Of a stretch of DNA of 64,000 bases, positions 39,916 to 51,574 are shown one piece after another; positions within the stretch are counted from its first letter, which is position 1; each line of letters begins with the position of its first letter. Both the position numbers and the translations under genes were made by a program. The DNA comes from Lytechinus pictus (Eukaryota): the NCBI RefSeq assembly GCF_037042905.1, contig NC_087251.1, positions 43,836,001-43,900,000 of the forward strand, in the 5' to 3' direction. Below the pieces are notes generated by a model. That model saw nothing but the letters and a program-made list of their open reading frames with translations. It searched no databases and was not told where the DNA came from.

Positions 39916-40731
39916 TTATTCAGGGAGATTGGGCTCTGCACCAGTAGCTACCTGAAGACGTATTCCTGGGTTACCGGGATGTGTCTCTGTAGGAAGTTGC
40001 CGAATGAACACTTGTTGTCTCTCCCGTGGCACGTAAACTCGATCGATATACAATTTCCAAGGTTCGCTTCGGGAGAAATAAGCCATCTTACCTGAAGACC
40101 GGGCTGCCTTTAAGGCTGGCAATTGAGCTCTTCGACGTTCTCTTATTCGCAGTGGGAGATCCTCTGTAATAAACATGCGTGAACCTTTCAAATTATTCGC
40201 CATTAGAAACACAGCAGTGCGATCTTTATATCTTAAAAATCTTGCAATGATGGGGCGCGGTCTTCTGGCAGAGTTGATCCGATGGGCTCTTTGAAATTCA
40301 ATCCTATCTGCAATCGCTCTATCAAATCTAAGATGCTCCACAAAAAAGTCCCGTAAAAGGTTCTCCACATCTTCCTGTTGATTACCTTCTACTATTCCGT
40401 GAAAAAGTAAATTTTCTCGATTAATGTATGACTTGAGACTGTCAATTTCCTGGTTGACTATTTCCTTATCCTCCTCTATTTTCTGCTGAAGTTCTGAAAT
40501 ATTTTGTCCATTAAAAGTGACCGAATTCACAACATCGTTAAGTTTTTCTTCAAATTTCTTTATTTTGGCTCCAAAGTTAAGTTCCAAAACTTGAATTCTT
40601 TCTAGTACCTTTCCTATCTCCTCTGCTAACATATTCTTAATGGCAGGCAAGAGAGCAGGTCCTTCGGGACTAGAGCCGGTAGATGGTCGAGGGCGTTTCC
40701 CGCCTTGTTTCCCTCGATGACCGCTCGACAT
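39916..40731 (-). CDS. L1/Tx1 ORF1p (coiled coil + RRM/CTD, Transposase_22-like)
   Basis: RENLLFHGIVE, RAHR, PRPIIARF and ITEDL motifs; intact 271 aa. Confidence 0.9.
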   Translation of the reverse strand: MSSGHRGKQGGKRPRPSTGSSPEGPALLPAIKNMLAEEIGKVLERIQVLELNFGAKIKKFEEKLNDVVNSVTFNGQNISELQQKIEEDKEIVNQEIDSLKSYINRENLLFHGIVEGNQQEDVENLLRDFFVEHLRFDRAIADRIEFQRAHRINSARRPRPIIARFLRYKDRTAVFLMANNLKGSRMFITEDLPLRIRERRRAQLPALKAARSSGKMAYFSRSEPWKLYIDRVYVPRERQQVFIRQLPTETHPGNPGIRLQVATGAEPNLPE

Positions 40732-41318
40732 TTTCGTAGTTACCGATATTTTTTCAACTTCAAATATCCACGTTACATAATGGGAGAGAGGAGGCGAACC
40801 CGCGATACGTGTTACTCTCTGACGAACATGCTAATATGATAACTCTGCAATATACCCTATGTCGCCCTCTCTAGTTTCTTTGAAGTTTGTGTTGGTTTTC
40901 CTTACTGATCATGATCAGTGACAGTGGGTATCCTACCCTTTCGAGATCGAGATCTATATTTTCGGCAAAATGTCAAATGACGGTAAAGTTTTCGTTTATT
41001 TTACAAAGATATCTTGAAAAATAAAATAAGATAGCCAACAACTGTTATAATTCTGTTTATATTATTAGTTTATATGTAACAGATAGCCTAGATCTAGAGC
41101 ATAAAGATCTGTTTTAGATCTTATCAATTTAGATCTCAGTCCGATGTGTTCAATCTGATGATGTTTGTTGCCCTGCTTTGCTTTGGATATTGCATGTTCA
41201 CGTTTCCTTCTGCGGGGAGTTGCAGCCGGGGATGGGGGGGGGGGGGGGTGGGGCTGGATACGGTCAAGAATCACGGAGGCGTGGGTGACGGTTGGTACGT
41301 GTAAATATGTATGATTGT

Positions 41319-42384
41319 CGGTAGAGGCGCACGGCCAATATTGGAGACTGTCTCCAATGTGGGAAATTATCTCCATTTTCAGAGACTTTTCATTTTGTAA
41401 AGAATTTGGGTATCCAATTTCAGAGACAGTCTCCAGTTTTGGAGACCAATTTCCTTTGTTTACATTTGCTGCAAAAGGATTACCGTATGGGTACTAGTAT
41501 TCAACCCGGCATAATTCAAAGATTTTGACATATTCCCCAAAATATTTAGAAATAGGGAATTTATCTTAATTTCATACCTTTGTTATTTCCAGGGTAATCT
41601 GTTGTCGATATTTTCTTTGTCAATCTGTCGACTGTATGCGCGGAGGATCGAATTATGCGGCGATGGCCTTTTGCACTGAATGGTACTAGTATTCAACCTA
41701 GTGAGGATTGATAGCAAATCTCAAAAGGGTTTAGATTGCTAAATTAGATCTAGATCTATGTAAGTCTCTGGCTTTGATTAATTCCCTGTTTGGTCTCATC
41801 TCAAATGGTCTAGTCCATAGTCGGATGGGACAAGGGCAGATTGAGAGACAGGGCCATCTTTCATCGCTAGGTTGAATACTAGTACCGACGGGTTGAATAC
41901 TAGTACCAAAATCCGTCGCCATATAATTCGATCGCCCGCGCACACAGTCAACTGGTTGAAGAAAAAAATAACGGAAAAAGAATAACCAGCATTAGCTCTT
42001 GGAAATAAGACGGGTCTGAAATTCAGGTAAATTCTATATTTCTATATATTTGAGGAAACTCTCCAAATGGGTTGAATACTAGTGCCCTTACGGTACCTTG
42101 GTGGCAAATAAAAATGTGATAAGCAGATTCCTCATGAAAAATTACCCCCTTTCACCGTCTACTTTAAAAATTCACCGTCTACTTTTGTTTTGATAAGGAT
42201 TTTTGTTGTCAATCACACACAAAACAAATGGGCTTCTGACCTCAGTGAGACAAAATTTCCGGTGGAAAAAATCATGCTTTTGTTGGTGTTATTTCTTTTG
42301 TCCTTTTGCAAAGCAAGTCTCCAATGTGGGAGATTGTCTCCCCTATTGGAGAGAGTCTCCCATATTGGCCGTGCGCCTCTACTG
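41319..42384. mobile_element. Non-autonomous TIR element with 5-bp TSD
   Basis: TIR C(A/G)GTAGAGGCGCACGGCCAATAT; ATTGT on both flanks; internal mirrored GGTACTAGTATTCAACC motifs. Confidence 0.82.
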
Positions 42385-43674
42385 ATTGTAAATGAAGTGG
42401 CCTTTGATTTGTGTCTTGTGACTTGTGACTTGTGATAAAAACTATCCCAATTTTAATATTTTAACAAATTATCTTTCCCTAATTTGTGGCAAACATTCTA
42501 AAGATCGTTAACCAAGAAGAAAATATCGCAAAACTCACTAATACGAATATCCCGCCGTGTTGTCCGAACACCTCTTGATTTCGCCGCCCGATGTAGAAGG
42601 GATCCTAAAGCTACGCACTCGATTTATCATGCAAAAAAATAGTATTTCCTGTGCCTCAATTTCTAAAATATTTTCATATTAGTATAGAATAATATGAAAT
42701 TAAAGCAAATATAACTCCAAAATTCCAAACAGTTGTGGTTTTCTCTGCATTTTGAGATTTACGGCAGCCTCTGTAGAAAAAATTGAATAGGAATCGTTCG
42801 TCACTCTGTAGACTTGTGTAGTCACAATTCCACACACAGAGTGCGCATTTGCCATTAAAAACTGCATGCGCGATGAGTGGTGCGTAGCTTTAGGACCCCC
42901 TACCATACAACTACAAGTGAATGCAGGTGGAAATCACGGGGGGGGGGGGGTGCATTGCATTGGGACCTCAATAAAGTTGGAAAAAGCTGCCAGAGTAGTC
43001 AGACTTTTAAGCACCATTTAATAAAATCCACAGATTTAATCAATTTTTTACATTAAATATAATTTGTGATATCTACACTATAATTCTAACTAATTCACTC
43101 AAAAAATTCATAACAAAACAGAGAAAACAAAAATCACTAGACTAGTTCACCCTGCGACAAGCCTTGTTGCTATCACTTTGTGTACTATTGGTGTGTTACG
43201 GCGAGTTCCGACTTTCCACAAATGCACCATTCCGTATATGACCCATTGCTACCTATTCTGAGGTAAATTGGATTTTGACCTCTTCTTGGTCAGACACACT
43301 CCATGATTTAGTTCCAAGCCAAAACTTGACAAATCTAGTTACATGAAACACAGGGCAATCTTATCTTGCTCTCTCTTGATCAGTCGCTCATCGAAAAATT
43401 CCTTTTATGTCATCACAGTCTTAAGCCTAGGATGCAAGGCTGGAGCTCAATCTTAAATGAGATGGCCGCTGTGCTCATGCCACGCCCATACTGCCATAGC
43501 ATCTTCCTTGCACACTTATTGGGGAGTAGACCAAAAGCTTCGGTCTCTGTTATGTTGGTTGTTCAGCTGACCTCCGTTGGCTTCACTCACCAAATACAGA
43601 GACCGAAGTTCTAGCGCGATCTGTACAGGGGACTCAATGGCTATATGTTTATGTGTATTAAGTTCGGATAAAAC

Positions 43675-43702
43675 AGGGCAGTGAAGTTGCGTGACAGCCG
43701 AG
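43675..43702 (+). CDS. MED6: MED6 exon 1 (xAVKLRDSR; AGG at the expected start position)
   Basis: GTAAGT donor at 43703; phase 1 joins DNSLHISW. Context is aaacAGGgca with an in-frame TAA upstream. Confidence 0.6.
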
Positions 43703-44333
43703 GTAAGTCACTGTTTTTGTTCCTTTTAACTTGATTTTCCCCGTTTTTTGGCAATTAATGCCAAGAGGGGATATTAATTTGCATTTCGGTCGCGTTAATT
43801 TTCAAAAGTTTGATTCATTCAAGACAAAAATTGAAGAGCCCCGACGGGGGGATTTTGCATTGTAAGTCCCCTAATGGTGGCTGCACGATAGCGAGCCGTC
43901 TGTGTATGAGGAGAAATTTAAAAAATAAAAAAATGTTAAAAAACTCCTCGAAACAGACGGCTGCCAGCTGTCTAATTGGGGAGTAGACATAAATCTATCT
44001 GTTTTGAGTAGTTCTTCAGAAATTTTTTTTCCACATGCACAGAAGTCCCTTTTTTTACCACATTTATAATTTTCTTAGGTATACTGTTATAGGAAATTTT
44101 GAATTAAAAAGATCACATCACTTCTGTTTAAGAGTTTCATGATATGCAAGTATTCCACCATCTGAAATTTAAACAACTTTATTTTATATTTGTATTTCTC
44201 TTGTGAATATTGTGTATTGATGTTGATCTAGATTCATGCTGCTGTTGTATGTCCTATATCTTGTTGGAAATTGGAAATAAAGTCTGAATTTTAATTGTAA
44301 CATTTCCATATTTCTATTTCTTACATTTTTCAG

Positions 44334-44493
44334 ACAATTCACTGCATATTTCCTGGCATGACTCGGCATGGATACCTCACCTCAATCAAGCCAGTATCAT
44401 GGATTACTTCTCAAATAGAAGCAACCCTTTCTATGATCGAACATGCAACAACGAGATCATCAAGATGCAACGGTTAAACCTAGAACAACTCAA
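44334..44493 (+). CDS. MED6: MED6 exon 2
   Basis: [56 protein letters not shown] acceptor, GTAAGT donor. Confidence 0.96.
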
Positions 44494-45000
44494 GTAAGTT
44501 TTATCTGTCCATTTCCCCCAAAGCTGCAAAGCTTCTCTTGTAAACATTTATGCAAGAAAAAAATGCACCATATTTTCAAAATCAAGATTGGTGAGTTGCA
44601 TTGAGTTTTCAGTGAACAAAATTATTACAATTATGATAGTTGCCATGTATAGATATTATCATCACCAAAGATCAATATAATGATTGGGTTTTTTTGCTTT
44701 TCTTTTTGACTGAATCTAGCAATAAAGGAAGAGTGTAAAATACCAAGACAAGAAATATTTTGTATGTTGGATAACACATAAATTTATAACAAAAGAGATC
44801 CCTGGACATGGCCACATTACCCAAGCAGGACAGATTAACATGAAGTTTCAAAAGAGTTACCAAAATGAAAATATATAAATAAATTCTAATCAACTAAAGT
44901 AATTCATGTTGGAAAATTCAGTGAATATATTACACTTTTGATTTGTTAAAGTAAACATATTTGTAAAATATTTCAGATAACAAAACATTAAAATAAAGGG

Positions 45001-46290
45001 TTTTTTGTCTCACCTGCATAGCAGAGTGAGACTATAGGCGCCGCTTTTCCGACGGCGACGGCGGCGGCGGCGGCGGCGTCAACACCAAATCTTAACCTGA
45101 GGTTAAGTTTTTGAAATGACAGCATAACTTAGAAAGTATATGGACCTAGTTCATGAAACTTGGCCATAAGGTTAATCAAGTATTACTGAACATCCTGCCT
45201 GAGTTTCATGTCACATGACTAAGGTCAAAGGTCATTTAGGGTCAATGAACTTAGACCATGTTGGGGGAATCAACATCAAAATCTTAACCTAAGGTTAAGT
45301 TTTTGAAATGTCATCATAACTTAGAAAGTATATGGACCTAGTTCATGAAACTTATACATAAGGTTAATCAAGTATCACTGAACATCCTGCATGAGTTTCA
45401 CATCACATGACCAAGGTCAAAGGTCATTTAGGGTCAATGAACTTTGGCCGAATTGGGGGTATCTGTTGAATTACCATCATAACTTTGAAAGTTTATGGAT
45501 CTGATTCATGAAACTTGGACATAATAGTAATCCAGTATTACTGAACATCCTGTGCAAGTTTCAGGTCACATGATCAAGGTCAAAGGTCATTTAGGGTCAA
45601 TGAACTTTGGCCAAATTGGGGTATTTGTTGAATTACAGTCATAAATTTGAAAGTGTGTTGGTCTAGTTCATAAAACTTGGACATAATATTAATCAAGTAT
45701 CACTGAACATCCTGTGCGAGTTTCAGGTCACATGATCAAGGTCAAAGGTCATGTAAGGTCAAAGAACTTTGGCCACGTTGGGGGTATTTGTTGAATTGCC
45801 ATCATAACTTTGAAAGTTTATGGATCTGATTCATGAAACTTGGACATAATAGTAATCCAGTATTACTGAACATCCTGTGCAAGTTTCAGGTCACATGATC
45901 AAGGTCAAAGGTCATTTAGGGTCAATGAACTTTGGCCAAATTGGGGTATTTGTTGAATTACAGTCATAAATTTGAAAGTGTGTTGGTCTAGTTCATAAAA
46001 CTTGGACATAATATTAATCAAGTATCACTGAACATCCTGTGCGAGTTTCAGGTCACATGATCAAGGTCAAAGGTCATGTAAGGTCAAAGAACTTTGGCCA
46101 CGTTGGGGGTATTTGTTGAATTGCCATCATATCTCTATAAGTGTATTGGTCTAGTTCATAAAACGTGGAAATAAGAGTAACCAAGTATCACTGAACATCT
46201 TGTGCGAGTTATAGTAGTTTTCAAAATCAGCACTGCTGCTATATTGAATTGCGTGATGCAGGTGAGACGGCCAGAGGCATTCCACTTGTT
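45001..46290 (+). mobile_element. DINE-1/HINE-like element, copy 2 (MED6 intron 2)
   Basis: Perfect 13-bp IR GTCTCACCTGCAT / ATGCAGGTGAGAC, (GGC)n, 6 or more core repeats of 162-192 bp. Confidence 0.85.
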
Positions 46291-46315
46291 TAAATTTTAT
46301 TCCTACATTTCATAG

Positions 46316-46490
46316 GTCAATGACAGGATTAGAGTATATCCTGCTGCATGTCCAAGAACCAATCCTGTACGTTGTTAGAAAACAACATCGGCATTCTCTA
46401 GAAGAAGCCACCCCATTGGCTGATTATTACATCATAGCTGGCAGAGTGTATCAAGCTCCCGATATTTGTGCAGTAATCAATGCAAGAATG
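46316..46490 (+). CDS. MED6: MED6 exon 3
   Basis: SMTGLEYILLHVQEP...YQAPDICAVINARM; TAG acceptor, GTAAGA donor. Confidence 0.96.
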
Positions 46491-48142
46491 GTAAGATATA
46501 TTTTACTGAGAAGTTGATGTATGCACTACGACTTCCTTGGTATTGTAGATGGTTATCAGTTTCTTTATTTTTTGCCCCCATAAGCCAAAGTGCCATGCAT
46601 TTACAACTTGCAAATAACTTGTGAAGATGCTTCTTCTGTATTCTGTTTTAATATTTCTTATTATTTTTTAAAAATTATAAATTGTGCATGATGTTCCCTT
46701 TCTTCGATGATTTGTTTGTATTTCTTGTTTATATGCAGATGATGTTTTTGTAATCATTATCATTAACAGTACATCAAATTTATATTAAAAAATGTAAAGT
46801 GTAGTTAAATCACTGCACTGTAAGTGTATTTGACTGGAGTGCTTAAAAACGATATTCTGTGAAATGAATATTATTTCATATGAATCCTGATCAACCAGTC
46901 TTAATCCTTAGCTCCCAAACTTTTATTCTCAGTACTGCAGGAAAGCTTTCCTTAACGATTTTCATGATTTAGAGTAAGGCATACAGGTGAATTTAAATAT
47001 TTTTAATAATGATAATTAATAAACATTAATTTGTGAATAAAGTCAACCTGCCAGAAGTTGATGCAATACTTCAGACCTGTGATACGTAACACAAAGAATA
47101 GCAATCATCGCAGAAGAATATCAATAATTGATTTCATTAACTACAATGTTCAATCAATCGTGAATAATCAAGCTTACGATCAATAGCAAACCTTTGTGTT
47201 TCGGGATCCAGATTATGCAAGACATGTTTTACATTCCTCTTCTAAGTTTAATTTTTCCTAAGCCGAATGGATTTCTGTGTTTCCAATAGATTTGACATAA
47301 GCATTGTTACCTTTATTTTAGGACGAATCCACCCCAACAAAAATTGACTTGAATAAAAAGAGAAAATCTTACAAGCAAAACACTGAAATGATGTAAAATA
47401 AAAAAGTTATGACATTTTAAAGTTTTGCTTAATTTCACAAAATAGTATTATGCACATCCTGGTCGGTATGCAAATGTGGAGAATGATGACATCATCCACT
47501 CACTATTTCTCTTGTATTCTATTACATGAAATATCAAATATTCGAATTTTCTCCTCATTGTTAAGTGAAACAACAATTGATTCCTCCATGAACATTTGCA
47601 ATTAGCATTGCTTAATACAATATGATTCAGTCAAGTTGGTCCCTATTGTCAAATCTGTGAAAAATGAAATATTGTATAATTCAAACAATAAAAAACAAAA
47701 GAAATAGTGAGGAACATCGACTGTCTCATTTGCATGTCACTGAGTTGTGCATATCACTGTTTTTTTTTAAGAATAAGTTTAACTTTAAAATGTCATAATT
47801 TTTTTTTTTAAATCCCATTTTGATGAAATTTTCAGCGTAATGCTAGTTTGATTTTTCTCTATTAATTCAAATCAACACTTTTCTGGGGTGGACTTGACCT
47901 TTAAGTAGCCTTTTTAGAGGGTGTTTCACTTAGCGTTACATGTGATGTGTGAGTCTTGCTTAAACATCAATGCATACACAGTATCTAACATAATGACTAC
48001 GCAATAGTGCACGTCCTCGAAGTACAATTTGACCAATGTGGGGATGTGATGTATACCACGCTTAGATGTGAATTCAAGCGTGATTTTTAGTCGAACTGAA
48101 TTCTTTGTGAATCAGTCCCCCATTTTATTCTCATGTTTACAG

Positions 48143-48254
48143 ACAACTGCGCTTCACAATATCCGGTCAGCATTTGAAGAATCCCTTTCTTACTCGAGGT
48201 ACCATCCAAGTAAAGGATACTGGTGGGAGTTTAAAGAGAAAGATGGTGAAACAG
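48143..48254 (+). CDS. MED6: MED6 exon 4
   Basis: TTALHNIRSAFEESLSYSRYHPSKGYWWEFKEKDGET; CAG acceptor, GTAAGA donor. Confidence 0.96.
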
Positions 48255-48288
48255 GTAAGAAGCCAGCCTCCTTTCAGTTGATGACACT

Positions 48289-49170
48289 TGGGTTTATGCT
48301 TCCACTTTTCAGGCCAGAATCAGCGTTTCCATATGTGATTAGTGCAAAACACAGTTGCGTCCATGCTTACTTTCTTTTAAACGACGTTTGAAAACGCTGA
48401 TCGTAAACTCACAAAAAGGTGCGTTTGTAAACGTCGTTTGACCAGAATCAGGCTTTCTGGGGTAGTATAAACAGAACCACGATCGTAAACGTGTTTAAAT
48501 GACGTCATTTTGGTACATGCTTCCGGTGAGATGAAAATCCACGGGCAAATACAGTCGCATTGCTCCATGGTCGCATGTTACCTCCACGGAATTACCTCTC
48601 ATCTCCCTTGTTACATATGCATGTGTGATAATTGATTTAAGTACTATCACTAGTACTACTCTTCCAATTTGTCATCACGATGGATGTTGAGGAATTTACA
48701 AAAAAAGAAAACTGGAACATGAGTTGTAATGAGGAGACATCGCCAGATGCCCCAGTAGCATAAACAAATATGTTTTATTATTTTATTATGAATACTTTAA
48801 TATTCTTTTTTTTTTTCATTATTATCCTTACCATGGTGGAAATTATATGGCTATGTCAAGTAGCTCCATGCAATGACTAAAATATCGGAAATCGTTCGAT
48901 GTTTAAATAACAGTCAACGTACATGTACATGTACCTTCCCCATAACAACACTCAGAAAAAAAACTTTCGAAAAGGGCGCGCCCAATGTGACCTCACTTTC
49001 CTGCTCAACAAAAATTACGATGCGAAGCCAGCTGGAGTTCGTGATTTCGCCTCTGAAAAGTTAAGCATAAACAGCCGTGCCAGAACCACATTTACGATCG
49101 GCGTTTTGAAACGACGTTTGAAAACGCTGATTCTGTCCTTGCAATGGAAGCATAAACACACCCTTGAGTA
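48289..49170. mobile_element. TIR element (MED6 intron 4)
   Basis: GTTTATGCTTCCA..CAGAATCAGCGTTT at the left and its reverse complement at 49122-49157. Confidence 0.7.
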
Positions 49171-49456
49171 CTTTTGGTGACTGCCAGCTACTGCAATCAA
49201 CATTTTTAATCGAAAACTATATTTGATTTTGTGTTACTTTTACATATTTCAGGAAGCCTCATAAATTATTTTCGGGTTATTGTGATTTGTGTTTAATAGA
49301 AAAATATCAAAACTTGAAACTTGCACTACACTTGATAGATTTTTTACAATGTCAATGAAAGCCAACTTCTGAATTTCAAAGATCAAGTTTATTTTGATGT
49401 CCCAATGATACATGATCAAATTGTATTTACTTTCTAAGTTCTGTTTATGATTCATT

Positions 49457-50016
49457 GGCCCGAATTCACAAAGGTGGTTTTGAAAACCCACAGTTGAGTC
49501 CATGGTTTATTCAGATTTCCTGTATAAATTACACTTAATTTAGCGCATATCGGGCGCGTGTGTAAGAAATGTCCAATGCTGATGCGCGCTTTTGTCACAG
49601 TGCACCAAATTGACGCCTGTTGCCATGGTTATCCACGCTATTTTATTCATGAGTCCACTGTTTTGAATTAATGAGCTTAATTTAGCGCGTATCGGGCGCG
49701 TGTGTAAGAAATGTCCAATGCTGATGCCCGATTTTGTCACGGTGCACCAAATTGACGTCTGTTTCCATGCTTAGATGCGCTATTTTATTCATGAGTCCAC
49801 TGTTTGAAGAGTGGACTCATTAATTCAAAACAGTGGACTCATGAATGAAATAGCGTGGATAACCATGGAAACAGGCGTCAATTTGGCGCATCAGCATTGG
49901 ACATTTCTTACACACGCGCCCGATACGCGCTAAATTAAGCGTAATTTATACAGGAAATCTGCATAAACCATGGATTCAACCATGGGTTTTCAAAACCACC
50001 CTTGTGAATTTGTGCC
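49457..50016. mobile_element. Palindromic PIF/Harbinger-like MITE (MED6 intron 4)
   Basis: Long arms beginning GGC.C.AATTCACAA.GGTGGTTTTGAAAACCCA; 3-bp TSD ATT; internal ~140-bp duplication in the left arm. Confidence 0.82.
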
Positions 50017-50247
50017 ATTATGTCCATCCATCCCCTGACAGACAGACCTTCCTGAAATTGGTTTTATGCTAATTATGAAAAGGAGCAATACTCTCATTAT
50101 CACAGCTTGATTAGTTCATGAAGTAAATTCAAAATGTAGAAAAATTGGGTCAAGATGTACAAACAGGATGATTTTTTTTTTAAAGTTTATTTGAAAATAA
50201 ATGTTAACAGTACATTGCTGATGCATACTTGATCTCATTGATAACAG

Positions 50248-50360
50248 AAAAGAAGAAGAGGAAGAAGCCAAAAGAAGAGCTAAGCTCGGCTTTCCAGAGG
50301 AAACGGGTGGACATTCTGCTTGGTGATCTATCAAGAAAATTCCCTTTCAAAGTCATTCAG
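50248..50360 (+). CDS. MED6: MED6 exon 5
   Basis: KKKRKKPKEELSSAFQRKRVDILLGDLSRKFPFKVIQ; CAG acceptor, GTAAGA donor. Confidence 0.95.
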
Positions 50361-51214
50361 GTAAGAAAGAAAATTTGCAATCCATGTCTTTGTATTTATG
50401 AAATTCAGAAAGGTGTCAATATGATATAACTCCCTTGTCCAGTCTCTCGAAAATTAAGTTGTAAATAAAACATGTATTAAAACTGTGTAGGTTTGAATAA
50501 GTGTGATTGAAAAATTGGACAATGAGTAATGAAAAATATGGTGGAGGGGTAAATTTATCTGTTTCATTGATTATGGTTTCATCTTTAGGTATACTGGAGT
50601 GAATCTGGTTATCAGTATCAAATGATGATTGTGTGACCAAGACAAATTTAAAATCACTTGTATTTTGAATCCATGTTGATATTTGATCAAGATGAGCTTA
50701 AATCATTTATTATTTTCCACTATGATTTTTCTTTCTTTCATTTTGCTTTCAATTCAGAAAAATATTTCAGAGATTTAGAGATACCGGTACATGCATTTCG
50801 ATGTTTGTAGTTTCAGTATGCATTTTCTCAAATGTGTTGAATCTAATTCAACCCCCATTTCAAATCAACATTTTCCAATGGTAGAAAATTGCCCTAGCAG
50901 TTGGTAAAAAGATGGGCGGTGTCTCGAGGGAGAGTTCATAGTTCTTGCATCGGAAGATTAATGAATTTGTAACGATTTGTTACATTCATGAATCGGGAGA
51001 TCTTGCATGAACCCATATTTCTGTTACGGTCACAGCAACGAAACCGACTCGAATTCGACCAATGATATGTCATTGAAAGTAACATAATAGCTTTTGTCAG
51101 TCTGGACTTTGTTTTATAGCTGAGACTGCACCATAATCCTATGATTTCTCTGTAATGGAAACGTCTAAAACCCTTAATGTTCAATTTTTCCTTGTCTATT
51201 TCAAATGCACCCAG

Positions 51215-51574
51215 CCGAAACCCGGTGACAGACCTGTGCCGGTCGAAGGGATGAGCACCGAGAGTGCTTCATCAAGACCAGTCATCAAAGAAGAAATCAA
51301 GGAGGAAAACAATCAATCTCAGAACAATGCAAACACCACGAGTAGCGGCTCATCGGTCTCAAATGTAGCTCCTAGCGTGAGCTCACATAGTATCTCTGTG
51401 ACTGGACAAGCAGCTGCAGCGGCGGCAGCAGCAGCGGCTGCAGCTGCGGCGGCTGCTGCTTCGCATAGTAGTTCAACCAGTTCGAGTAGTGCCAGTGGGA
51501 CATTCTTCACAAGTACTGGACCTTCCAGCATGAAACCGTCTCTGGCCAAGAAGCGCAAAACCATGGGGAAATGA
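51215..51574 (+). CDS. MED6: MED6 exon 6 (terminal; Ser-rich with Ala17)
   Basis: PKPGDRPVPV matches the vertebrate KPGEKPVPV; ends KPSLAKKRKTMGK*. Confidence 0.92.
   Translation, partial: PKPGDRPVPVEGMSTESASSRPVIKEEIKEENNQSQNNANTTSSGSSVSNVAPSVSSHSISVTGQAAAAAAAAAAAAAAAAASHSSSTSSSSASGTFFTSTGPSSMKPSLAKKRKTMGK

Larger units (their letters stand above)
32285..40820 (-). mobile_element. Near full-length L1/Tx1-clade non-LTR retrotransposon
   Basis: ORF1 plus ORF2 (EN, RT, CCHC-type finger), 3' UTR with AATAAA, poly(A) seen as T14 at 32285-32298. The 5' boundary is approximate. Confidence 0.9.
43675..51574 (+). other. MED6: Mediator of RNA polymerase II transcription subunit 6 gene (6 coding exons, ~315 aa)
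   Basis: Recognisable MED6 motifs [58 protein letters not shown] and SSAFQRKRVD. Exons total 948 nt, in phase. Confidence 0.97.

Noticed and set aside
40847..40856. GCAATATACC, also at 32263-32272, as the L1 target-site duplication
   Set aside because: The left copy is 12 bp away from the poly(A) rather than adjacent, so it may be chance. The TSD remains unresolved.
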